Below are positions 47,379-56,397 of a stretch of DNA of 64,000 bases, piece by piece (the first letter of the stretch is position 1; each line of letters starts with the position of its first letter). The position numbers and the translations under genes were made by a program. Source of the stretch: Candidatus Eiseniibacteriota bacterium (lineage in GTDB: Bacteria; Eisenbacteria; RBG-16-71-46); assembly GCA_963717505.1 (NCBI GenBank), contig OY970342.1, forward strand, positions 155,674 to 219,673, in the 5' to 3' direction. The notes under the pieces are model-generated. The model saw only the letters and a list, made by a program, of their open reading frames with translations, was not told the DNA's origin and did no database searches.

Positions 47379-48785
47379 TCAGCGAGCGACCACGATTCGA
47401 CGGCTCACGGACTCCTCGTTCACCGCGGCACGAGCCAGGTAGACCCCGGGGGCCACGCGACGTCCGTCGCGGTCTTCGAGATTCCAAAGGAGCCTGGTGC
47501 GTCCGGCAGAAAACCGGCCATGCGCCAGCATCGCGATTCGCCGGCCCGAAAGGTCGAAGACCTCGACGCGGCCCTCGGCAGCACTCGCCAGCGTGAGATC
47601 GAATCGCACCGACGTGCGTGCCGGGCTCGGCATCGGGGCACCGAGTTCCAAAGCGGCCGAAGTCGGTGCGCCGGAAACTCCGGTCACATCGTCGTCGAGA
47701 CCGTCGAACACCACCACGGCCGGAGGCAGGCCGACGGCGAGTGGGCCCGCGATCGGGGCGTCGTTGGCCGCCGAATACACGTAGACCCCGGGGGCAGTGA
47801 ATCCGTTGTTGCACACGTAGAGCTCGCCGCGGTCATTGAGCGCGCAGTCGGGCAGACTGAAGCCACCCGGATTCGACAGGGTTCCGGTCCTGAGGCCGTT
47901 GGCCGGGTTCCACGAGATGAGCAGCGTGTTGAACGACGCGTCGCTCACGATCGCGTAGGCGTGGGTCGAGGTGTGCCACTCGAGGTCGCCCAAGTCCCCT
48001 CCCAGCGCGGCCTCGGTCGCGCTGACCCCCACTGACGTGAGCTGATTCGGATCGATGACCGCGACGCCACCGTCGAGCGCTCCAAACCTGCCGACGCAGC
48101 CCAGGTGAAAACGCCTCGCGACCGGATCCCACGCGAACTGGGTCACCGGATTCGTCAGCGGCAGCACGATCGCCTGGACACCCGGCAGCGTCGGATTCGC
48201 GTCCACCACCTGGTCGGTCTCCGTGTCGATGACCGCGACCAGGCTGGTGTCGGTTGGCTGGAATCCGCCGTTGCGGTCGAGGCGCTGGAGCGCCACGAAC
48301 AACCAGCGTCCGAAGCGGCCCATACGATCCGCCTCAGGGATACCGTCGGCATCGGCGAAGGCCGAGAGGTCGATGGTCGGTCCCAGGGTGCCGGCGTCGG
48401 GATTCACGATGCGCAGGAACGAAGTGCCGTAGAGCGACACGTAGGCCTTGTCGGGTGCAACCAACACGATGTCGGACGGATTGGCGCCGTTCCCGAGCGA
48501 GAACTGGCGCAGCGTGCCGTAGCCGGCCGCCGCGTCGATGACCTGGACATTGTCGGCGCCGAAGCGATTGAGAACGTAGAGCTTGCCGAACGCCCATCGG
48601 GCGCGGGCGTCCGAGTGAACGGTGGCGACGTCCGCCGACACCGCCCGGCTCGTCAGATTCACGGCGCTGAGCCCGCCGGTGACGAAGTCGGAGGTCAGCA
48701 CCAGCGCACGACTCTGGGCGGCCTGGGCCGGCGGTACGCCGGCGGCGAACACAATGGCGGCGAGAAGCATGAGTTTCCGGTACAT
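47379..48785 (-). CDS. secreted YVTN/YncE-like beta-propeller protein with FlgD-Ig/T9SS-type C-terminal domain
   Basis: ATG 48785 after AAGGGAGAA; signal peptide. Repeating blades of the type ..LYV.N....N.V.VID.. (LYVLNRFGADNVQVIDAA, AYVSLYGTSFLRIVNP, LVAVIDTETDQVV, VAVIDPNQL, LYVCNNGF..GVYVYS). C-terminal RVEVFDLSGRRIAMLAHG...GVYLARAAVNEES. Confidence 0.75.
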   Translation of the reverse strand: MYRKLMLLAAIVFAAGVPPAQAAQSRALVLTSDFVTGGLSAVNLTSRAVSADVATVHSDARARWAFGKLYVLNRFGADNVQVIDAAAGYGTLRQFSLGNGANPSDIVLVAPDKAYVSLYGTSFLRIVNPDAGTLGPTIDLSAFADADGIPEADRMGRFGRWLFVALQRLDRNGGFQPTDTSLVAVIDTETDQVVDANPTLPGVQAIVLPLTNPVTQFAWDPVARRFHLGCVGRFGALDGGVAVIDPNQLTSVGVSATEAALGGDLGDLEWHTSTHAYAIVSDASFNTLLISWNPANGLRTGTLSNPGGFSLPDCALNDRGELYVCNNGFTAPGVYVYSAANDAPIAGPLAVGLPPAVVVFDGLDDDVTGVSGAPTSAALELGAPMPSPARTSVRFDLTLASAAEGRVEVFDLSGRRIAMLAHGRFSAGRTRLLWNLEDRDGRRVAPGVYLARAAVNEESVSRRIVVAR

Positions 48786-48858
48786 GGCGCAGGTTTCTCC
48801 CTTGAGTGTTCGAAGATGGAGGGAATGGGTCACTGAGGCCGCGGATCGGAACTCGTTC

Positions 48859-50858
48859 TCATGGCGCAGGCCCGACACGGGCCTCGCATGCGGCGTAGAT
48901 CGAGCGACCGGGCAACGGATAGCCGAGCACGTCATAGGAATGGACGTCGCCGAGATTCCGGCCTTCGAGCACGAACTCGAGCCCCGGAGTCAGGCGCCAG
49001 GATCCGCCGGCCCCGATCAATGCGCGGGCCGGGACCGACGTGCGGTTCGAGGGATCGAGATAGGTGAGGCTCGTGAAATCGACGTCGGTGAACAGGCCGA
49101 GGCGAGCCCAGCTGCCATCGAGCCGCCCGTAGATCCGGCTCCCGGGACGGCCGGGGAGCTGCTTTCCGATCCACGGCGCCCAGGTGCCGGCGTCGACCGC
49201 GCGCTGGCCGGTCCAGGCAAAGGTGGCGCTCAACCCGGCCCACGCCGAGGCGCGTGCCGAGACTTCGTCGCCTTCGATGCGCACGCTCGCCACGTTGGTC
49301 GGCCGAACGCTGGCCTGGGTCGGTCGGTAGAGAATCATGTCCTCGCCCCGGCTCTCGAAGTGGGCGTACTCGACCTCGGCCCAGGGACTGCCCGAACCGC
49401 CCACCCGGAGCACGACCGCCCGCGTCCCAGGTGCGCACGTGCTCGGGCTCGAGCGCGAGATTGCCGAGCACGCTCCCCTGGTTGCCGAACAGCTCGCCGA
49501 ACTCGGGCGCACGCCAGGCGTCGGTCCAGTTGCCGCGCAGCTCGAGACCACGGGCGAGACGGATTCGCGCCCCGAGCTGAGGTGTGTCGATCTCGCGCGT
49601 AACGTCGGACTGGAAGGGAATCCCGGCGGTGCCGAGGCCGCGAATCTCGTCGGCAATGCGGTCCCAGCGCCGGGCGGCGTGCAGGAGGATCCGATCGACC
49701 GGGCTCGCTTCGACGATCACGGCCGCGCCCCAGCCCTCGCGAACGCTCTCCGGCGGATCGGCGTAGGAGTCGGCCTCGTTCGTGACCTGGGCGCGCTCGG
49801 CGCGATAGGACCCCGACGCTCTTACCGAGAGTCCGGCCGGCAGTCGATCCCAGCCGACCTCGGCGCCGACCTGCTCGCCCGAGAATCGGTCGTCGGAGTC
49901 GATCCGCCCCCAGCCCAGCTCGCCCAGCGGGTCTTCGAACTGCGAGCGCTCGCGACGCAGTCCGGCCTGGACATGAACGCCGGGCTCGAGCCCCTCGCCG
50001 CGGCGATCCAGCGTGAGTCGGGTCATCCAGCGCTCGAGGAACTCCTCGGCCTCGTGCGTCGTGATCGCTCCTCGACCCGGGAAGCCTTGCTCGCGGCGAA
50101 ACCAGTCCTGGCGAAGTCCAACCTCGAACCGGCGCGGTCCCCCCCACGCGAGGGCCGCGATCCCGTGGCTCGCCGAGAACTGATTGTTGGCGCGCGCGAA
50201 GGTGCTGTCGTCGGCCGGATTGAACGGCGTGCCGTTGTCGTCGAGGTAGTCGAAGTCGCCGCGTGATTCCTGATGGCCGGCGTTGACGTCGAACGTCAGG
50301 CGTCCGCGCCGGGCGCCGGCCAGACCGCGCGCTTCCCAGGTGCCGAACGAGCCGCCGGCCGCACGTACGTCGAGTCCGCGCGCGTGCGGAAGCGTCACCA
50401 GATTGATCGCCCCGGCCGGCGCCGGCAGGCCGAAGCCGAGCGGCACCGGTCCGCGATAGACCTCGATGCCCTCGAGTGCCGCGGCCGGAACGTCGCCCAG
50501 GCTCACCACCGAACCGGCGGCCGACTGGAGCGGCTCGCCGTCGATCAGCACGCCGACCTGGCTCGCCGGCGCGCCGCGCAAGGTCACGGTACTGAAGGCG
50601 CCGAGTCCTCCGTTCTGGACCACGCGCAAACCGGCGGCGCGCGCGAGTGCCAGACGGCAGCGACGAAACCGCGGTGCCCGGCGAGCGAACGTCGAGGTCC
50701 GAGACGAATCCGGTGGGTTGGCGAAGCTCGGCGGCAGAGCGCGGGCGGTCGCGCTCGACTCGAACCTCGGGGAGCAGGAGCACCGTGTCGCCGGGTGCGG
50801 TGGCCGGGGAGTCGGCGACGGCTGCGGTGAAGATCAGCAGCAGCCCGGAAACGATCAT
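48859..50858 (-). pseudogene. btuB: TonB-dependent receptor, BtuB-like (cobalamin-riboswitch controlled), split by two apparent 1-nt frameshifts
   Basis: Signal peptide and TonB-box-like region run 50858-~50651. The plug (ALARAAGLRVVQNGGLGAFSTVTLRGAPASQVGVLIDGEPL...IEVYRGP) and most of the barrel lie in a second frame, to ~49417 (GNLALEPEHVRTWDAG). The C-terminal barrel is in a third frame (VVLRVGGSGSPWAEVEYAHF...LEFVLEGRNLGDVHSYDVLGYPLPGRSIY). Total ~666 aa, the normal BtuB size. Confidence 0.8.
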
Positions 50859-50971
50859 GGCGTCGCGCGCGCCTCAATCGAAACGGCCCCTCGTTGATTC
50901 GAAGAGGAGCCGGAAGGGAGCGCGGACGCTCCGCCGCCGGCACCTTCTCGCGAAGCGCCGTGGTCGTGTTG

Positions 50972-51085
50972 CTTCCGGGCAGGTTTCCTGGCTCAGGGCC
51001 GTTGAGGACCCATTCACAGTGGCGGGACCGCGGGGGTTTCGCACCCCTCTTCCCTATTACCCCACTCGATGCGGGCACCCGGAAG
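50972..51085 (-). promoter_or_regulatory. cobalamin (B12) riboswitch, compact form
   Basis: Minus strand: CUUCCGGG(P1)...GGUAAUAGGGAAGAGGGGUGCGAAACCCCCGCGGUCCCGCCACUGUGAAUGGG...CCCUGAGCCAGGAAACCUGCCCGGAAG(P1'). It contains the conserved AAUAGGGAA..GGUG.GAA.CC, CCCGCCACUG and B12-box GAGCCAGGAAACCUGCC elements. Lies 113 nt upstream of the receptor ATG. Confidence 0.8.
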
Positions 51086-51231
51086 ATTTCGTCGACAAGG
51101 TGCGCTTCGCGCGTCGCGGCAGGTCAAGTGGATTCGCGCGCGCGTCGGGAGCGCATCGGTCGCAAGAGAATCGCGTTCGAGCACCCGTGGGCAATTGGAC
51201 AGCGCCATGGCGAGGCGCGAAACTGCGGAAC

Positions 51232-51729
51232 ATGACGAACCGAGAACCCATCGACCCCGGCGTCACGATCGGTCACGTCCATCTGAAGGTGGCCGATCTC
51301 GATCGCGCGCTGGCGTTCTACAACGGCGTCCTCGGTTTCGAGGTCACGGCGCGGTTGCCGGCCGCGGCGTTCCTGTCCGCGGGCGGCTATCACCATCACA
51401 TCGGGCTCAACACCTGGGAGAGCCGAGGCGGCTCGCCGCCGCCGCGCGGCACCACCGGTCTCTATCACGTCGCGATTCTCTATCCGAGTCGCAAGGCTTT
51501 GGCGGTTGCCCTGCGGCGACTCGATGCTGCCGGCATTTCACTCGACGGAGCGTCGGATCACGGCGTCAGCGAGGCGCTCTACCTCCACGATCCCGACGGC
51601 AACGGGCTCGAGTTGTATCGCGATCGACCACGCGCCGAATGGCCGCGTGACGAGGGCGGCGGCTTTCGAATGATTTCAGAGCCGCTCGACGTCGAAGCCT
51701 TGCTGCGCGAAGCCCCCGCGACCGGCTGA
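51232..51729 (+). CDS. VOC-family (glyoxalase/extradiol-dioxygenase-like) protein
   Basis: ATG 51232 (MTNREPIDPGVTIGHVHLKVADLDRALAFYNGVLGFEV...HHHIGLNTW...EALYLHDPDGNGLELY). Only the last 165 codons of ORF 50647..51729 are credible. Confidence 0.85.
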   Translation: MTNREPIDPGVTIGHVHLKVADLDRALAFYNGVLGFEVTARLPAAAFLSAGGYHHHIGLNTWESRGGSPPPRGTTGLYHVAILYPSRKALAVALRRLDAAGISLDGASDHGVSEALYLHDPDGNGLELYRDRPRAEWPRDEGGGFRMISEPLDVEALLREAPATG

Positions 51730-51855
51730 GCATTCCCCCTCGGGCTGACCGCGGCCTTCGAGGACCCAGGGTTCAGACCGCCGGCTGGAGCAGCCCCAGA
51801 GAAACGCCGACAACAGGGGGCATGCCTTCCACGACCCTCCCCGCCCCCGAGACCC

Positions 51856-53711
51856 ATGTCCGGTCGCTCGTGGCTTCGGCATTTCGGCCTGCTCGGCGTG
51901 CTCGCGGTCGGCATCGGTGTCGTGCGGGCCGCTCAGCTCGCCTGGATCAGCGACGACGCCTATATCTCGTTTCGCTACGCACGCAACCTCGTCGACGGGC
52001 TCGGGCTGGTCTACAACGCCGGGGAGCGGGTCGAGGGCTACACGAACTTCCTGTGGACGGTCTGGTGCGCGCTCGGGCTGCGACTCGGTGTCTCGGCCGA
52101 AGCCTGGGCGAACGCGACCAGCATCGCGTGCTTCGCGGCGACCATCGCGCTACTGGCTCGGCTTTCGGCGCGTCGGACGGCCGACCTCGGCTTCGCCGCA
52201 CCGTTTCCGCTCGCGGCGCTATGGGTCGCCCTGCAGCCCGATGCCGGCGTGTTCGCGACCAGCGGACTCGAAACCTCGCTCTTCACGTTGCTCGTGGTCG
52301 CGGGCTACACCGCGCTGGTCGGACTCGGCGGCTCCACGGATGTGAGGCGATCGGCTGCCGCCGCGGCCTTCATGGGGCTGGCATGCCTCACCCGTCCGGA
52401 CGGAGTCGTCTTCGCATGCTCGGGGGCGGCTACGTGCTGCTCGTGGCGCGGCCGCGGGCCCGCGCGGCGCTGGTCTACGGCGCGGTGCTGGCCGCGATCG
52501 GAGCGCCGTTCGCATGGTGGAAGCTCGCTTACTACGGCGATCTCCTGCCCAACACCTTCTACGCCAAGTCGGCCATGATTCCCTGGTGGGATCAAGGCTG
52601 GGCCTACGCGTGGCTCTACTTCAGCAAGTACCCGCCCATGATCGTGGGGCCGGTGCTGGTGTTGCTGCTCGCGGTCCTCGGGCGCAGCCGGCGCCCGGCA
52701 TCGGAGCCGGGATCCTCATCCCCGATGTCGGCCCCTGGCTCCGGGGTCTTCGGTCCCGCGCTGTTGGCCACGGCGTTCGCGCTGGCCTACACGCTCTACG
52801 TGATTCGGGTCGGCGGCGATTTCATGTTCGCGCGCCTGCTGATCCCGGCCACGCCGTTCTACGCGCTCGCGGCCGAACTTGGACTCGCGGCGTTTGCCTG
52901 GCGCGCCGTCCCCCGACGCGCCGCAGTCGCCTTCGCGATTCCGGGAGTCCTGGCGCTGGCTGCGATTGGGCTGGCGCGCGATCCGTTCGACGACGTCGGC
53001 TGGGTGCGCGGCATCGTGAACGAGCGCGCCTACTACAAGGCTCGGGATCGCGAACGGATGGCCCAGGAGGGCAAGGATCTGCGTGAGCTGACGCGCGGAC
53101 TGCCGGTGCGCGCCGCGATCGTGTGCGAGCAGGCGATCTCGGCCTACTACTCGGAGATTCCGGTGGTGTTCGAGGCGTGCGCCGGTCTGACCGACTCGGC
53201 GATCGCCCACCAGAGGATCGAGAAGCGCGGCCGGGTCGGACACGAGAAGAAGCCGAGCCTCGATTACCTCATCGAGTACCGGCGCGCCCACTTCAACATC
53301 GGCGCTCATCCCGGACTCGACCAGTTGCTGGGCCCGCACATCCCGGTGATCCGGCTCCGCTATCGGACCGCCTTGGCCACGCTGCTGACCTGGGATCCCG
53401 AGCTGATGGAGGAGTTCCGGCGACGGGGTGCCGAGTTCGAGGACTTCTCGGCCTCGCTCGATGACTTCATCGCCGACATGCCGAGGTACTCGGATTCGAC
53501 GGTGGCGGGGATCTACGCCCGGGCGAAACGCTTCTACTTCTCGGGCGTGGAAGACCCGCGGCGCGAAGCGCCCTTCCTGCAGCGACTGGCTCGCGACGGG
53601 CGACTTGCCGAAGTGGGCGGCTCCGCATCGACCGTGGCGTCGGCCGAGTCGATACCGGATTGCCCTTGCGACGGTTTCGCTGGAGCGTCGACGCGCCCTA
53701 GCGATAGGTGA
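51856..53711 (+). pseudogene. GT-C-like polytopic membrane glycosyltransferase-like protein with C-terminal soluble domain, one apparent frameshift near 52415
   Basis: Frame 1 (51856-~52415): TM1, then ISDDAYISFRYARNLVDGLGLVYNAGERVEGYTNFLW (acidic first-loop motif as in GT-C enzymes) and further TMs to ...ACLTRPDGVVFA. It continues in the -1 frame as MLGGGYVLLVARP...WWKLAYYGDLLPNTFYAKS...(more TMs)... plus a ~250-aa soluble tail. The family assignment is tentative. Confidence 0.6.
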
Positions 53712-54615
53712 GCTTGATCTGCCCCCACGTCGTTCGACGAACCGGCGTCGGCGTCGTGTCCATCTGCAGGGATACGCGGGATACAGGGGCGCCGACAGAC
53801 GGGCCCCCACAGCTCCCGATCCTCTCGGCGATCGGGATGAACTCCTCGAAGCTCTCGCACCGGGCCGACGCCGGGCGCGTAGTGGACGTAGCCTCGAGTC
53901 TCCGACCGTAACGTCCCGACCGAGGTTGCCGCTGTTGTCCGTAGCATGTGCTGAAGCCATAGTCGACCAGGTAGTCGACACGAACGCAATTCTTGAAGGT
54001 CCCAGCGGGAACGGTCACCGGCTCCACCGCGACGATCTCGCCGTGTAGGAACACGTCGTCCGCGAGATCGGGAACCAATTGGAGGGTGAACGTGTTCCCT
54101 ACCGAGACATCCGAGACCAACCACAGCCAGGCCTGCGTATCACTCTTGTTGCAGCGCCACGCGCCGATGTCGCCGGACGTCTTGAGATAGGCGAGTTCGC
54201 CATTGAGAAAGTAACCGTACGAGCCCGGAGCCCTGGTCTCCGGGCAATCGGCGTCGGACTCAACTTGCAGGATCTTGGTTCTCAGATCGGGGCGGGCGAT
54301 CCACAGTTGGCGCAGGAACGGATCGGTCAGGGCCGGCTCACTCGACTCGACGAACGCCGGCCCGCTGATCAGCTCTTGACGCAGGTACTGCGCCTGGATC
54401 GCGGTGGGCGCGATCACGGTGCCATCCAGAAAAATGCGGGTCCGGTTCTCGACCACACTCGGCGTCAAGTCGAAGTCTTCGTACCGCTGAGCGTACGTCC
54501 AGCTTAGGCCGTCCTGGTTGGGCCACAACTCGTCCATGGTCGGCTGCGCCATCGCGGGAACCGCGATCCATGCAGTGGCGGCGAGTGCGACCCAAACACC
54601 AATCCGCTTCGACAT
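53698..54615 (-). CDS. secreted hypothetical protein, paralog 1 (WGQIKLTYR tail); contains an internally frame-shifted segment
   Basis: ATG 54615; signal peptide ...AVPAMAQ. Roughly 70% identical by eye to the upstream paralog, except codons ~53856-53940. There the paralog-conserved peptide (SETRGYVHYAPGVGPV) is encoded in another frame. Confidence 0.65.
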   Translation of the reverse strand: MSKRIGVWVALAATAWIAVPAMAQPTMDELWPNQDGLSWTYAQRYEDFDLTPSVVENRTRIFLDGTVIAPTAIQAQYLRQELISGPAFVESSEPALTDPFLRQLWIARPDLRTKILQVESDADCPETRAPGSYGYFLNGELAYLKTSGDIGAWRCNKSDTQAWLWLVSDVSVGNTFTLQLVPDLADDVFLHGEIVAVEPVTVPAGTFKNCVRVDYLVDYGFSTCYGQQRQPRSGRYGRRLEATSTTRPASARCESFEEFIPIAERIGSCGGPSVGAPVSRVSLQMDTTPTPVRRTTWGQIKLTYR

Positions 54616-54626
54616 TTCGGACGCCC

Positions 54627-55538
54627 CTAGCGATAGGTGAGCTTGAGCTGACCCCAAGACGCCCGGCGGACCGGCGTCGGCGTGGTATCCATATCCATCG
54701 AAACGCGGGTGGAGGGCTCCCCGAGGGGCGGCCCTCCGCAGTCCCCGATCAGTTCGACGTGCACAATGAACTCCTCGAAGCTCAGTACCGGTCCCACGCC
54801 GGGTGCGTAGTGGACATAGCCTCGCGTCTCGGCACGGAACGTGCCGGTGACATTGCCGCCAATGTCCACGCAGTCGCTGAAGCCATAGTCGACCACGTAG
54901 TCGACGCGGACGCAGTCCTTGAAGGTCCCGGCGGGGACCGTGACCGGCTCCACCGCGGCGATCTCACCGTGCAGGAACACGTTGTCCGTGAGATCAGGAA
55001 TCAACTGGAGCGTGAACGTATTCCCGAGTGTGAGGTCCGAGACCAACCACATCCAGGCCTGCGTATCGTTCGCGTTGCAGCGCCACGCGCCAATGTCGTC
55101 GGGCGTCTTGAGATACGCCGACTCGCCTCTGAGGAGGATGCCGTATGCACCCGTCGCACCCCCCTTCGGGCACTCGGCGTCGGCTACCACCTTCATGATC
55201 TTGGTGCGCAGATCGGGGCGCGCGACCCACAGTTGGCGCAGGAACGGATCGCTCAGCGCGGGCTCGGACGTCGTCGCGAAAGCAGCCCCGCCGATCATCT
55301 CCTGCCGCAGGTACTGCGCTTGGATCGCGGTGGGCGCGATCACGGTGCCATCGAGAATGATCCGAACCCGGTTCTCGAGGACCCCGGGCTGCTCGAGGTC
55401 TTGCCAACGCTGCGCGTAGGTCCAGCACAGGCCGTCCTGGTTGGGCCACAACTCGTCCATGGTCGGCTGCGCCATCGCGGGCGCGGCGACCCAGGCACTG
55501 GCGGCGAGTGCCACCCAAGGACCGACGCGGAACGACAT
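54627..55538 (-). CDS. secreted hypothetical protein, paralog 2 (WGQLKLTYR tail)
   Basis: ATG 55538; signal peptide MSFRVGPWVALAASAWVAAPAMAQ. Shares PTMDELWPNQDGL.WTYAQR, LDGTVIAPTAIQAQYLRQE, FLRQLW.ARPDLRTKI, GNTFTLQL.PDL.D.VFLHGEI.AVEPVTVPAGTFK.CVRVDY with paralog 1. No family recognised. Confidence 0.7.
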   Translation of the reverse strand: MSFRVGPWVALAASAWVAAPAMAQPTMDELWPNQDGLCWTYAQRWQDLEQPGVLENRVRIILDGTVIAPTAIQAQYLRQEMIGGAAFATTSEPALSDPFLRQLWVARPDLRTKIMKVVADAECPKGGATGAYGILLRGESAYLKTPDDIGAWRCNANDTQAWMWLVSDLTLGNTFTLQLIPDLTDNVFLHGEIAAVEPVTVPAGTFKDCVRVDYVVDYGFSDCVDIGGNVTGTFRAETRGYVHYAPGVGPVLSFEEFIVHVELIGDCGGPPLGEPSTRVSMDMDTTPTPVRRASWGQLKLTYR

Positions 55539-55632
55539 CACCAGTTCTCGTGGCTGAGGGAAGCTGCCTTGGAACCTCAATGAGGCTAGTCCCTGTTGGC
55601 ACCTGCGTCCAGCCCCAAATGCGGCTCGAAGG

Positions 55633-56328
55633 TCATGCCTGCCGGTCCACCGCCGCGCGCGCGCGCCGGAACACCGCATGCCACATCGGGCGGGTCAGCC
55701 GGCCGGTGTTCGTGTTCTGCCGACTCGGATGATACGAGCTGAGCAGCGTCGTCCTATCGGGCAACTCCGTCTCCGCGCCGTGGCCGAATTTGGGGCGCTC
55801 GCGCGCGGTCAGCCGCTGCTTCCAGCCCGACGCCGCGAGCCATGCATCGTGGGCGATGGCCCCGAGGGTGACCACGACACGGACGCGGTCGAGTGCCGCG
55901 ATCTCGCGCTCGAGGTACTCGCGGCAACGACCCAGCTCGACCGGCGTCGGCTTGTTGTCGGGCGGCGCGCAGCGCGCCGCTGCCGAGATCCAGCACCCAA
56001 GAAGTTTCAGACCATCGTCTCGCGAGGTCGACTCGGGCTGGCTCGCGAAGCCGAAACGGTGGAGCGCTTCGTAGAGCCAGTCGCCACTCGAGTCCCCGGT
56101 GAACATGCGGCCGGTGCGGTTGGCTCCGTGCGCGGCGGGCGCGAGCCCGACCATCAGCAGGCGGGCGCGCGGGTCGCCGAAACCCGGCACCGGACGGCCC
56201 CAGTACGTCCAGTCCCGATAGGCCGGCCGCCCCGCGGCCGCGACGCGCTCGCAGTGCGCCCGCAGGCGCGGGCAGCGCTCGCAGGCCACGATTTCGCGGG
56301 CAATGCGGTCGAGGGACGTGCGAGTCAC
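55633..56328 (-). CDS. uracil-DNA glycosylase, family 5 (UdgB-like)
   Basis: CERCPRL...; GLAPAAHGANRTGRMFTGD (the Ala-containing GLAPA motif is characteristic of family 5); SYHPSRQNTNTGRLT. Confidence 0.85.
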   Translation of the reverse strand: MTRTSLDRIAREIVACERCPRLRAHCERVAAAGRPAYRDWTYWGRPVPGFGDPRARLLMVGLAPAAHGANRTGRMFTGDSSGDWLYEALHRFGFASQPESTSRDDGLKLLGCWISAAARCAPPDNKPTPVELGRCREYLEREIAALDRVRVVVTLGAIAHDAWLAASGWKQRLTARERPKFGHGAETELPDRTTLLSSYHPSRQNTNTGRLTRPMWHAVFRRARAAVDRQA

Positions 56329-56397
56329 GTCGCCCAGACTAGCGTTCCCGCCATCACCCTTGCCACGCCCTCCCGCACTTCCCTACAGTCCCCCGCC

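Noticed and set aside
50647-51231. First 195 codons of ORF 50647..51729
   Set aside because: They overlap the TonB receptor start and the riboswitch on the other strand. The VOC domain starts at ATG 51232.
55678-56397. N-terminal 240 codons of the 899-aa ORF 55678..58377
   Set aside because: This part is antisense to the clearly recognisable family-5 UDG gene. The permease-like sequence only begins around GTG 56398.
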